Source of the DNA: an uncultured delta proteobacterium
GTDB taxonomy: Bacteria > Desulfobacterota > Syntrophia > Syntrophales > UBA2192
Direction: 5' to 3'
Length of the DNA: 64,000 nt
Assembly: GCA_963705165.1 (NCBI GenBank)
Contig: CAVPJD010000016.1
Location: 34,373-98,372 of the forward strand
Shown here: in pieces, positions 31,441 to 41,368 of the stretch
Numbering within the stretch: position 1 is the stretch's first letter
Layout of the letters: each line of letters opens with the position of its first letter
The notes under the pieces: model-generated
The model's input: the letters and a program-made list of their open reading frames with translations, nothing else
Database searches by the model: none
Told to the model about the DNA's origin: nothing
Program-made: the position numbers and the translations under genes

Positions 31441-31814
31441 GGGTTACCCAAAATGGTACAAGCGCATACTCGGGATCGCGATCGCCGGGACGCGTCGGGC
31501 GATGGATGCAGAGCTTCGCTGAAGCCGTCAAGAAAGGCCTGGCGATAAATCATCCGCTCCTTCAAGAGCCGAGGCCTTTGAACCAGGGCTGTGGGAGCAG
31601 CTTTAGCAAAGCAGCAAAAAAAGTTCAAGAGGAGAAGGCATGGTCATTCGTCATTCTCTTTTCGAAGTGGCTGTTCGGCAGCAGGGGAGCTTACACCCGG
31701 ATCGGGGAAAACTTCTACATGATCGGGGTCGCCAGGCAGATCCGTTGGGGAGCAGGACTCTGATGCGGGTACTCTGAGCGGCCCTGCCTTCCCTGTGCGG
31801 ATCACCAGTAAAGT

Positions 31815-31851
31815 AAAGCCGATTCGCATCGAAAGCGGATCGGCTTTTCTT
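31815..31851 (+). terminator. Intrinsic terminator-like hairpin
   Basis: AAAGCCGATTCGC-atcgaaa-GCGGATCGGCTTT followed by TCTT. Confidence 0.55.
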
Positions 31852-32449
31852 GTTTTCAGCATGCGGATTCGGATTAAGGATAGGCGGAAACCCTGGTTAT
31901 TGACCCTTTTCGGGAGACGCTATATGCCTTGGCTCGACCCCAGAGCCCATGATGATAGGACGATTAAGAAAAGGGTCTTGATAGAGGAGAACGTGCGATC
32001 TTGATTCAACGATACGTATCGCTTTTGGGCAATGCTTTGATTTCGTTGTGGCTGCACAAAAATGAGACGAAAAGATCGGTGGACCGGACTTGGAAGATAA
32101 AGCGCAACGCCAAGCTGCCGCGACATTCAAAGAGCTTGTTCCCCAATTTGCGGGTGGCAAGCCCGCTGAGGGTTCATCCTGCGGAAAGATCGTTCTTCTT
32201 GCTTCCCAAGGAATTATCCATTAATATATCATAAGTTCAAGGCGTTTTCTTCAATCCGGATTCATCCTCCGGCCTTCAAACGAAATAAGAGGTAAGCTTC
32301 AGCACAGCAGACGTCTGTCGAAGGAGCGGTTCCTTACGGGGGCTGCGTCCACCGTGTATTGCCATATCAACGTCAAGTGAGAAGCAGGCAATGAGGCAGC
32401 AACGCGAAACGTTGGGAAGTGCATTCAAAAAGGCAAAAAGGAGACGGCC

Positions 32450-34873
32450 ATGAAACGAAATGCAGTAAACACGACAATCGGCATTGCCCTGTCGGCGGTC
32501 TGCGCGACATCGGCCGCGGCTCAGACGGCGATGGACCGCACAACGCTTCCGATCCCGGAGCCGAAGTATCCGCACAGCACCGTCCTCGATGCCCGGAATG
32601 CCACGGCGCCGCCGAGATTCGATGTGAGGGCGCCTGCACAGGCCCCGAACGTGCTGATCGTTCTCATCGACGACATGGGGTTCGGTCAGCCCGGCGCCTT
32701 CGGCGGGCCCATCAACATGCCAACGGCCGAGCGCCTTGCGAAGAGCGGCCTCAAGTACAATCAGTTCCACACGACGGCCCTTAGCTCGCCGACGAGGATT
32801 GCCCTCCTCACGGGGCGCAATCACCACACGAACAATACAGGCTCGATCATGGAGACCGCCACGGCATTTCCGGGAAACACCGGCCAGCGCCCGCAGAGCG
32901 TCGCGCCGCTTGCGATGATGCTGCGGTACAACGGCTACTCCACGGCTCATTTCGGGAAGAACCACGAGACCGCAGCCTGGGAGGTCAGCCCATCGGGGCC
33001 CACCGACCGATGGCCGACCCGAAGCGGCTTCGACAAGTTTTACGGCTTTATGGGCGGGGAGACGAACCAGTGGGCGCCGGCCATCTATGACGGGATGACA
33101 AAGATAGAGGTGCCGAAGGTCCCGAACTACCACTTCACGACCGATATAGCCAACCAGGCCATCAACTGGATGCAATCGGTCAAGGCCCTGACGCCGGACA
33201 AACCCTTCTTCATCTACTTCGCGCCGGGCGCAACCCACGCGCCGCACCAGGTGCCCAAGGAGTGGATCGCCAAATACAAAGGCAATTTCGACCGGGGTTG
33301 GGACAGGCTCCGCGAAGAGACCCTCGCCCGGCAGATCAGGCTGGGCGTCGTGCCCCCGGGGACGAAACTCGCGCCGAAGCCGGAAGCGATCAAGGACTGG
33401 GATAGGCTGAGCGCGGAGGAAAAGAAGCTCTTTGCACGCCAGATGGAGGTCTTCGCGGGCTTTGCCGAGCAGACAGACTACGAGATCGGTCGGCTCGTCG
33501 ACGCCATCGCGGGCATGGGCCAGCTCGAAAACACGCTCATCTTCTACATCCTCGGCGACAACGGCGCAAGCGCCGAAGGCGGCATGAACGGACTGTTCAA
33601 CGAGATGACTTATTTCAACGGGGTGGAGGAGACGGTCCAGGACGTTCTGAAGCATTACGACGAACTCGGCGGGCCGACAACATACGGACACTACGCCGCG
33701 GGATGGGCCGTCGCTGGAGATGCGCCGTTCACCTGGACCAAGCAGATCGCGTCCAGTTACGGCGGCACGCGAAACGGGATGGTCATCCACTGGCCGAAGG
33801 GTATCAAGGGCAAGGGAGAGATCCGGTCGCAGTGGCACCATGTCATCGACATCGCCCCGACCATTCTGGAAGCTGCAGGACTGCCTGAGCCGAAGGCGGT
33901 GAACGGCATTCCCCAGACCCCCATCGAAGGGGTGAGCATGCTCTACAGCTTCAGCGACGCCCGGGCCAAGGATCGCCGCCAGACGCAGTACTTCGAGATC
34001 TTCGGCAATCGCGCCATCTACCACGACGGCTGGCTCGCCGGTACTGTCCACAAGGCGCCATGGGAGCCAAAGCCCCGAACTGCTCTGGAAAACGACACCT
34101 GGGAGCTCTACGACACGCGGAGCGACTTCAGCCTGGCAAACGATCTGGCGAAAAAGGACCCCGCCAAACTCAAGGAGATGCAGGAGCTTTTCCTGAAGGA
34201 AGCGGAGAAGCACACCGTGCTGCCCATCGATGACCGCAGTATCGAGCGCGTAAACCCGGCCCTTGCCGGCAGGCCCGATCTGATGGCCGGCCGCACATCG
34301 CTCACGGTCTACGAAGGGATGATCGGGATGTCGGAGAACGTGTTCATCAACACCAAGAACCGCTCCCACACGATCACGGCCGAGGTCACGATCCCCGAAG
34401 GCGGCGCCAGTGGGGTGATACTGGCCCAGGCTGGGCGGTTCGGAGGCTGGAGCCTGTACATGAAGAACGGCAGGCCGACCTACACCTACAACTTCCTCGG
34501 GTTGAAGCGTTTCACCATTGCCGCCAAGGATACTGTGCCTGCCGGGAAGGCAACGATCCGCTTTGAGTTTGCCTATGACGGAGGCGGCTTGGGCAAGGGC
34601 GGCCTTGGCACGATCTTCGTCAACGGCAAGAAAGTCGCACAGGGGCGAATCGACCAGACGCAACCCATGATCTTCTCAGCCGATGAGGGAGCCGATGTCG
34701 GCGAAGACGGGGAGACGCCGGTTACCGAGGATTACGGCGTTCCGGCACCTTATCGATTCACCGGCAAGATCGGCAAAATCACCATTGACCTGAAAGAAGT
34801 GAAGGCGGCTGAGAAGGCGGAGGAAAACAAGCTCCGCGCACAGGCCGCTCACCAGAAGGCGCTGTCGGACTAA
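32450..34873 (+). CDS. Exported Ser-type arylsulfatase (formylglycine-dependent)
   Basis: Signal peptide; PNVLIVLIDDMG, active-site TALSSPTR..LLTGR (SxPxR), GDNG, ELYD; C-terminal beta-sandwich extension. Confidence 0.92.
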   Translation: MKRNAVNTTIGIALSAVCATSAAAQTAMDRTTLPIPEPKYPHSTVLDARNATAPPRFDVRAPAQAPNVLIVLIDDMGFGQPGAFGGPINMPTAERLAKSGLKYNQFHTTALSSPTRIALLTGRNHHTNNTGSIMETATAFPGNTGQRPQSVAPLAMMLRYNGYSTAHFGKNHETAAWEVSPSGPTDRWPTRSGFDKFYGFMGGETNQWAPAIYDGMTKIEVPKVPNYHFTTDIANQAINWMQSVKALTPDKPFFIYFAPGATHAPHQVPKEWIAKYKGNFDRGWDRLREETLARQIRLGVVPPGTKLAPKPEAIKDWDRLSAEEKKLFARQMEVFAGFAEQTDYEIGRLVDAIAGMGQLENTLIFYILGDNGASAEGGMNGLFNEMTYFNGVEETVQDVLKHYDELGGPTTYGHYAAGWAVAGDAPFTWTKQIASSYGGTRNGMVIHWPKGIKGKGEIRSQWHHVIDIAPTILEAAGLPEPKAVNGIPQTPIEGVSMLYSFSDARAKDRRQTQYFEIFGNRAIYHDGWLAGTVHKAPWEPKPRTALENDTWELYDTRSDFSLANDLAKKDPAKLKEMQELFLKEAEKHTVLPIDDRSIERVNPALAGRPDLMAGRTSLTVYEGMIGMSENVFINTKNRSHTITAEVTIPEGGASGVILAQAGRFGGWSLYMKNGRPTYTYNFLGLKRFTIAAKDTVPAGKATIRFEFAYDGGGLGKGGLGTIFVNGKKVAQGRIDQTQPMIFSADEGADVGEDGETPVTEDYGVPAPYRFTGKIGKITIDLKEVKAAEKAEENKLRAQAAHQKALSD

Positions 34874-34971
34874 GGACGATACATGAAACGGGAGGGAGAG
34901 GATGCGACGCCCTTTCCTTCCCGCATGTTTCCTCTTTGTTCACTGCGACAACTAAACACAGGAGGTATAGA

Positions 34972-36495
34972 ATGAGAAGAACATGGGTGCAATCATGTCT
35001 CACAGCGCTCGTTGCCGTGATGATCGTCAGCATTTCGCTACCGGGGTGGGCAAAGTCGCCCAAAATGAAGATGATGACTACTGTACCGCCGGGCATCGAG
35101 ATGCCGGACAAGGTGGAGACCCGCCTTGGCACACTAAAGTTCTTCGACGGCTTTCCGGACAACGCCACAGTCGACAAACTGTACGACAACCTCGATTTCC
35201 AGCGGGCGGTTCAGGCCTACTTGCTCGGGCTGGCGCCGGTGAGCCAGGTGGCGAATCGCAAGGGGATGCTCGAGGTGGGGCCGGCCAATACAACCGTGCC
35301 GATCTTCGAGACCATGATGAACGCTCGGTCGATCTTCCTGACCCCGAACAATAACACGCCTTACACATGGTTCTGGCTCGACCTGCGCAAGGGCCCGCTG
35401 GTCGTTGAGGTTCCGCCGAAGGTCCTCGGGCTGCTCGACGACATGTGGTATCGCTTCGTCACCGATGTGGGCTTCGTGGGGCCGGACAAGGGTGCGGGCG
35501 GCAAGTACCTGATCCTCCCCCCCGGCTATAAAGGTGAGGTCCCGGAGGGTTACTTTGTGGTGCGGTCGGCGACGTACAGTAACTGGATTGCGTGGCGTAC
35601 CTTCCTGGAGAACGGCGACCCGAAGCCGGGCGTGGATCGGGTCAGGCAGTTCACGAAGATCTACCCGTTGTCACAGGCGGCCAATCCGCCGAAATTGAAT
35701 TTCGTCAACGTTTCCGGGCGGGATTTCAACACGGTTGGCCCGGCCGATTATCCGTTCTGGGAGTATCTCAACCAGGTGGTCCAGGAGGAGCCGATAGAAT
35801 CGGTTGACCCTGTCACGCTGGGCCTCTGGGCATCCATCGGTATTCAGAAGGGCAAACCATTTAATCCCGATGCGCGGATGAAGAAGATCCTCACCGAGGC
35901 TGCACTGGTGGGCGATGCGACAGCGCGCGCCATCATGTACCGCTGGCGGACGCCCGAGGGGTACTATTATCCGGATACGAAGAGCGCGTGGCGTAGGGGA
36001 TTTGTCGGAGGCTACAAGTTCGAGGAGAACGGTGCGCGCCTCCTGGACGCATACGCAGGATTCTTCTTCTACGCCACCGGCGTAACACCGGCCATGGATT
36101 CGAAGGTGGTCGGAGAAGGGTCGCAGTATATGGCGGCATTCGTCGACTCCAAAGGCAACCCTCTCGACGGAGGCAAGAACTACAGGCTTCACCTGCCTCC
36201 CAACATCCCGGTCGCCAACTTCTGGTCGGTGATCCTCTACGACAATCAGACCCGATCCATGCTCCAGACCGACCAGCAGTGGCCGGCTGTCAGCAGTCAG
36301 ACCAAGGGACTCCTGGTCAATCCGGACAGTTCCGTGGATGTCTATTTCGGACCGAAGCCTCCGAAGGGAAAGGAGAACAACTGGGTGCAGACCATTCCCG
36401 GAAAGGGCTGGAACACGCTCCTGCGCCTTTACGGTCCGCTGCAGCCGTGGTTCGACAAGACCTGGAGGCCAGGCGAGATCGAACTGCTGCAGTAA
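34972..36495 (+). CDS. DUF1254/DUF1214-domain exported protein
   Basis: VETRLGTL.F.DGFP, DFQRAVQAY, GPDKGAGGKYL, LDGGKNYRLH, FWSVILYD, NWVQTIPGKGW..LRLYGP. Confidence 0.85.
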   Translation: MRRTWVQSCLTALVAVMIVSISLPGWAKSPKMKMMTTVPPGIEMPDKVETRLGTLKFFDGFPDNATVDKLYDNLDFQRAVQAYLLGLAPVSQVANRKGMLEVGPANTTVPIFETMMNARSIFLTPNNNTPYTWFWLDLRKGPLVVEVPPKVLGLLDDMWYRFVTDVGFVGPDKGAGGKYLILPPGYKGEVPEGYFVVRSATYSNWIAWRTFLENGDPKPGVDRVRQFTKIYPLSQAANPPKLNFVNVSGRDFNTVGPADYPFWEYLNQVVQEEPIESVDPVTLGLWASIGIQKGKPFNPDARMKKILTEAALVGDATARAIMYRWRTPEGYYYPDTKSAWRRGFVGGYKFEENGARLLDAYAGFFFYATGVTPAMDSKVVGEGSQYMAAFVDSKGNPLDGGKNYRLHLPPNIPVANFWSVILYDNQTRSMLQTDQQWPAVSSQTKGLLVNPDSSVDVYFGPKPPKGKENNWVQTIPGKGWNTLLRLYGPLQPWFDKTWRPGEIELLQ

Positions 36496-36516
36496 AGATG
36501 ACAAACGCTCTCGATT

Positions 36517-37824
36517 ATGCATGATTCACGGAACGTCAGCACGAAGCAAGCCGGTAACCCGCAGGGCCTGCACGTCGTGGCAAAGCCCATCGGCCCGGCT
36601 TGCAACCTGAACTGCGAGTACTGCTTCTACCTCGAGAAGCAGGCGCTGTTCGACGCGGGCGGGCAGACCCGGATGTCCGACAAGGTTCTCAGTGCCTTCA
36701 TCGCGGGCTACATCTCCTCGCAGCCGACGCCTGTTGTCGAGTTCGTCTGGCAGGGCGGCGAGCCGACCCTGCTGGGGATCGATTTCTTCAAGAGGGTCAT
36801 CGAACTGCAGAAACCCTTTGCGAAGGACAAGACGATCACCAACTCGCTTCAGACCAACGGGACACTGCTTACCGACGAGTGGTGCCGGTTTCTGAAACGG
36901 CACCACTTCATGGTCGGGATCAGCCTCGACGGTCCGAAGGAGATCCACGACCGCTACCGGAAGGACCGCAAGGGCAGGGGCACCTTCGAACAGGCCATGC
37001 GCGGTCTGAAGCTATTGCAAAAACACAAGGTCGAACACAACGTGCTGGCCTGCGTGGCCCGCGATACGGCGGCCAGGCCCCTCGAGGTGTACCGGTTCCT
37101 CAAAGATGCCGGTGTGGAGTTCATCCAGTTCACCCCGATCGTCGAGCGGATGCCAGATCCGCAGAGTGCCGGCCAGGGCCTGCGCCTTGCCGCACCCGCA
37201 GCGCTCGACAGCCTTGAGGGGCAGGGTGAAGTCACGCCCTGGTCCGTGGAGCCCGAGGCCTGGGGCGATTTCCTCATCGCCGTATTCGAGGAATGGGTCC
37301 GAAACGACGTGGGCAAGATCTTCGTCATGAACTTCGAGTGGGCGCTGAATGCCTGGATCGGCAACCCGTCGCCCGTGTGCGTCCATGCGAAACAGTGCGG
37401 CCGCTCGCTCGTGATCGAGCACAACGGCGATGTCTACGCCTGCGATCACTGCGTCTACCCGCAGTACCGGCTGGGCAACATCCTGACCGGGACGCTGCAG
37501 GACATGGCCGCGAGATCGCTGAAATCGGGCTTCGGCGTCGGCAAGGAGACAGCCCTGCCGCGCCGGTGCAGGGAGTGCGAGGTACTTGCCGCCTGCCAGG
37601 GCGGATGCCCCAAGCACCGCTTCGCGAACACGTTCGACGAAGAACCGGGTCTTCACTACCTGTGCGAGGGATACAGGAAGTTCTTCCTCCATATCCGCAA
37701 GTACCTGCGGGTCATGGCCCAGCTTCTGGAACACGGGCAACCCGTGAGCCTCGTCATGGAGGCGCTCAAGGGGCCCCTGGTCATCACGAAGGGTGATGCG
37801 GGAAGAACGACGATAATCCGCTGA
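36517..37824 (+). CDS. Anaerobic sulfatase-maturating radical SAM enzyme (anSME; SPASM domain)
   Basis: AKPIGPACNLNCEYCFYL, WQGGEPTL, GDVYACDH, CRECEVLAACQGGCPKHR. Confidence 0.93.
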   Translation: MHDSRNVSTKQAGNPQGLHVVAKPIGPACNLNCEYCFYLEKQALFDAGGQTRMSDKVLSAFIAGYISSQPTPVVEFVWQGGEPTLLGIDFFKRVIELQKPFAKDKTITNSLQTNGTLLTDEWCRFLKRHHFMVGISLDGPKEIHDRYRKDRKGRGTFEQAMRGLKLLQKHKVEHNVLACVARDTAARPLEVYRFLKDAGVEFIQFTPIVERMPDPQSAGQGLRLAAPAALDSLEGQGEVTPWSVEPEAWGDFLIAVFEEWVRNDVGKIFVMNFEWALNAWIGNPSPVCVHAKQCGRSLVIEHNGDVYACDHCVYPQYRLGNILTGTLQDMAARSLKSGFGVGKETALPRRCRECEVLAACQGGCPKHRFANTFDEEPGLHYLCEGYRKFFLHIRKYLRVMAQLLEHGQPVSLVMEALKGPLVITKGDAGRTTIIR

Positions 37825-37845
37825 TCTCGAGGAGGACGGAAAACA

Positions 37846-38304
37846 ATGAATGCAGTCAGCAGGATTCAACGCACATCGGCAACGCTCATTGCAACCCTGT
37901 TTATGGTCGTCTTCTGTATGGCGGGCTTTACTGGGCATGTTGCAAACGCAGCCCCGGCAGGGGATGCAGAAACCGGGAAGCCGGCACTGTCGCAGACCGA
38001 TTTCCAGCGCCTCGAGGGAAAATGGGTCCGGCCGGACGGCGGCTACATACTGGAACTGCGGGAAATCAAGAATGACGGTAGCCTGAAGGCGGCCTACTAC
38101 AACCCACGGCCGATCCGGGTCTTCCGTGCGGAAGCGGGCCGCAAGGACGGCAGGCTCACCCTGTTTGTCGAGTTGCGCGACGTAAACTACCCCGGCTCAA
38201 CCTACACCCTGCAGTACGACCCGGCATCGGACCGGCTCAGGGGCACTTACTTCCAGGCAGTGCAGAGGCAGACCTTCGACATCGAGTTCGTGAGGTCTCG
38301 ATAG
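37846..38304 (+). CDS. Hypothetical exported protein
   Basis: RBS GAGGAGG, signal peptide, compact beta-rich domain (LEGKWVRPDGGY). Confidence 0.7.
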   Translation: MNAVSRIQRTSATLIATLFMVVFCMAGFTGHVANAAPAGDAETGKPALSQTDFQRLEGKWVRPDGGYILELREIKNDGSLKAAYYNPRPIRVFRAEAGRKDGRLTLFVELRDVNYPGSTYTLQYDPASDRLRGTYFQAVQRQTFDIEFVRSR

Positions 38305-38307
38305 ACG

Positions 38308-38367
38308 GGCGATTACGGCGGCACGAGCTTCAGCTTCTTCGCGCTCAACCTGAAGTGGACTTATTGA
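38308..38367 (+). pseudogene. 3'-terminal relic of a FadL/OmpP1-like gene
   Basis: Translates GDYGGTSFSFFALNLKWTY*, matching the C-terminus GDYSNTSFNFFALNLTWKY* of the gene ending at 43573. Confidence 0.8.
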
Positions 38368-38457
38368 GAGCGGGCTCCATGAGAAAGCAGATGCCGGTGG
38401 GCAAAATGAACGGTTCGTTAGTCTCATATTCTGGCCAAGTTAAAGGAAGGGAAAACC

Positions 38458-39582
38458 ATGGTAAAAGTCAAATTTGACCAATCGATTCTCGCCCTGCAGG
38501 GCGGCGGGGCGCTCGGGGCCTATCAGGCGGGTGTGTACGAGGGCCTGGCTGAAGGGGGTCTCCTGCCCACATGGGTTGTGGGCATTTCGATCGGCGGCAT
38601 CAACGCGGCGATCATCGCCGGCAACCCCCCTGAGCGCAGGGTCGAACGCCTGCGAACGTTCTGGGACCGTGTCTCCTCGTATGCTCCGCTTACCCCGCCT
38701 GCGTGGCTCGATATGATGCTGCCGGCCCTGAAAAACATGAGCGCTGCGTCGGTTATGTCCTTCGGTATCCCGGTTTTCTTCGTGCCCCGGGTTCCACCAC
38801 CGGTTTTCGCTGCGGACAACACTCCCGGCGCCCTGAGCTACTATGACACGAGCCCGCTCAATCGCACCCTCGATGAGTTGGTTGACTTCGACCTGATCAA
38901 CAGCCGCAAGGTGCGGCTGTCGCTCGGTGCGGTCAACGTGAAGGAGGGCCAATCGGTCTATTTTGACAACACTCGCACGCGCATCACTGCGGATCATGTG
39001 CGCGCCAGCGGGTCGCTGCCGCCGGGCTTTCCATCGGTGACGATCGACGGGGAGCAATACTGGGATGGCGGTATCGTCAGCAATTCGCCGCTCACCTATG
39101 TGGCCGACCAAAATCCGCGAACACGAGTGCTTGTCATCGAAGTCGACGTATTCAACGCGAAGGGGGAGTTGCCGCAGAATCTCGACCAGGTAATGGAACG
39201 CGCCAAGGATATCCAGTATGCGAGTAAAACGCGCTTCAACATAGATCGCGTCAGGGAAATGGGCGAGATGCGGTCTGCATTGGGACGCTTGCTCTGCAAG
39301 CTGCCGGACAGCCTCAAGGATGATCCGGATGCGCAGAAGCTTGCCCCTCTGTGCGATGAGAGAGAGTTCACGATCGCGCGCATCATCAATCGCCGCACCA
39401 CGAAATCCGGCAACAACAAGGATTATGAGTTCTCGCGGGCAACGGTGAACGAGGCGTGGGCCGCAGGCCTCGAAGATGTCCGCCACTCTAGAGCCAACAT
39501 CGAACGGATGCAGCCGGTGGACCTGGCCCCCGGCGTGCGCGTTTACGACCTCCCTCCTGCAGCCGATATGCCGGGGGAGTGA
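38458..39582 (+). CDS. Patatin-like phospholipase with DUF3734-like C-terminus
   Basis: QGGGALGAYQAG, GISIG nucleophile motif, ASGSLPPGFP, WDGG, KDIQYAS, KDYEFS; no signal peptide. Confidence 0.9.
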   Translation: MVKVKFDQSILALQGGGALGAYQAGVYEGLAEGGLLPTWVVGISIGGINAAIIAGNPPERRVERLRTFWDRVSSYAPLTPPAWLDMMLPALKNMSAASVMSFGIPVFFVPRVPPPVFAADNTPGALSYYDTSPLNRTLDELVDFDLINSRKVRLSLGAVNVKEGQSVYFDNTRTRITADHVRASGSLPPGFPSVTIDGEQYWDGGIVSNSPLTYVADQNPRTRVLVIEVDVFNAKGELPQNLDQVMERAKDIQYASKTRFNIDRVREMGEMRSALGRLLCKLPDSLKDDPDAQKLAPLCDEREFTIARIINRRTTKSGNNKDYEFSRATVNEAWAAGLEDVRHSRANIERMQPVDLAPGVRVYDLPPAADMPGE

Positions 39583-39629
39583 CGAAGCAATAAGGGCCTC
39601 GCGGACACGCAGGATTTTAAGGGAGATGT

Positions 39630-39910
39630 CAACGCTCTGGTTTTGAAGTCTATTGCCGGCGGGCGCACAGCCGGGATCCGGGGCCTGCGCGGCGGCACGG
39701 GGTGCCGTGGCCGGCGCGGCGATAAGGTCTCTCGACGGCGAGGCAGGCAAGGGCGCAGGAGTCGGAGCTGCCGCAGGCGCAGTGGCCGCCCGGGGGCAGA
39801 GCCGCAAGCAGGCACAGCAGCAAGCATCAACTCAGCAGAGTGCAAAACAGCAGGATTATCTCAAGGCAAGGGGCGCCTGCCTCGAGGGGAAAGGCTATTC
39901 GGTGAAGCAG
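39630..39910 (+). pseudogene. Decayed glycine-zipper protein (paralog of 43774-44274)
   Basis: QRSGFE (cf. QQTGFD) out of frame, then RGAVAGAAI..GEAGKGAGVGAAAG...GACLEGKGYSVK; lacks signal peptide; expected stop reads CAG. Confidence 0.65.
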
Positions 39911-39969
39911 GACGAAGCATCACGGAGTGGTCGCGATCAACCCTGTCCCGGCGAGATGAAGGAGAGTAC

Positions 39970-40744
39970 ATGCGCGTAAAGGAAATCCTGTTCTGTATCG
40001 CCTTCGTGCTCGTCATGTCGGCATTCGTTCCGGGGGCACTCGCCGCCGAAGCCGAGCAAGATGAGGAAAACATCGGCGACGTCGACCCGACGAAGCCCGT
40101 CGTCTTCAACGTCCGGGAGGAGTTTTCCAAGCTTCAGGGGGAGAACTGGAGAAACGCCCTGATCCTGAGAACGGATGTCATCAAGCTGGGGGGGCTGAGG
40201 AACTTTCTCCTTCGCTTTGACGTTCCCTTCGTGTCGTCTGACCTGGGACGGGGTACAGACCATGGACTGGGCGATCTCTATGGCCAGGCTCTCCTGATCC
40301 CTTACGGGTCGGAGAACTTCTTCTTTGCCGTCGGGTCCGGCCTCACGGTGCCCTCCGCCACGGAGAACAGCCTGGGGACCGGAAAGTGGCAGGTCGCCCC
40401 GCTGGCCATACCCGGCTGGTGGCTCAAGGAACCGAAGACGCTTTTCTTCGTCAAGGTCCAGGATTATATCTCTTTTGCGGGCCAGTCGGACCGCGCCGAT
40501 ATCCATTACATGACGGTGCAGCCTTTTGTGGCGGTGAAGCTCAGCGACAGGTGGTGGGTGGGGGCCGACACGGAAGCCAAGGTCAACTGGGAGCGGGACA
40601 ACGAGATGGAGTTACAAATCGGGCGTAATCCTCCTGAGAATGTGGACGAAAAGCTTCGGTACGTGGGTCAAGCCCGAGATCCCCTGGGGCGCGAACCGCG
40701 AGGGGGATTGGAACCTGAAGGCTTCATTTTTCTGGAATTACTGA
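39970..40744 (+). CDS. Predicted outer-membrane beta-barrel; apparent frameshift near 40606
   Basis: Signal peptide; GLGDL, PSATENSLGTGKW; alternative frame ends WNLKASFFWNY* (barrel C-terminal signature). Confidence 0.7.
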
Positions 40745-41112
40745 AGCACGTGACGTTGAGGATCCGCGATCCGGGCAAGCGCCCGGCCATCGGCAAAGGG
40801 GCAATGCCCCTCGATCGAGCGATCCGGGAGCTCCAGCTGCGTGCGCAACTCGGAATGACGATGCGGCGGCAGGGTGCGGCCGAGATCTTCCAGCATGAGA
40901 CGCATCCGCCGTTGGATGACGGAACAAGTTTCAATGTCGATAGGTTTCAACGCGCGTGCAATCGTTTTCACGTTTCCACAGAATTGAAAATGTTGTATAT
41001 TCTCCGTCAAGATCATCGTCGAGGAATATCCTCGAGCCGATTGACTCGACAGAGAGGGGACCGTGTCAGAAATCACAGGGCTTTTCCCGTGGAAGGAAGG
41101 AGGTATTCCGTG

Positions 41113-41250
41113 ATGAAGATGAAAGAATGGATTGCATGCCTGCTTTGCGTCGCATTCCTGGCGGGATGCGGCTCTTTGAACAAAACAACCGATCCGGCGT
41201 CAAGAAGCGTTGACGACAAGAAGGAAGTCGACATGACGGTGAGGCCGTGA
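41113..41250 (+). CDS. Small lipoprotein (45 aa)
   Basis: RBS AGGAGG; MKMKEWIACLLCVAFLAG-C lipobox. Confidence 0.6.
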   Translation: MKMKEWIACLLCVAFLAGCGSLNKTTDPASRSVDDKKEVDMTVRP

Positions 41251-41368
41251 AGTTCAACGATGACGGGACGGGCGGACGGAGGTCAAGAAAAGACCATGTC
41301 GGCAAAGACTTTGAACGTTGCGATTTGTCCGCACCGATGATCGCAGATCCATGCGCAGGAGATGTCTC

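Noticed and set aside
32130..32340. Riboswitch upstream of the sulfatase
   Set aside because: Short hairpins only; I could not match any known aptamer consensus by eye. An Infernal search would settle it.
39643..41250. Single 535-aa ORF in the track
   Set aside because: Chimera of an alternate frame over the glycine-zipper relic, a frameshifted barrel, intergenic DNA and a small lipoprotein with its own RBS.
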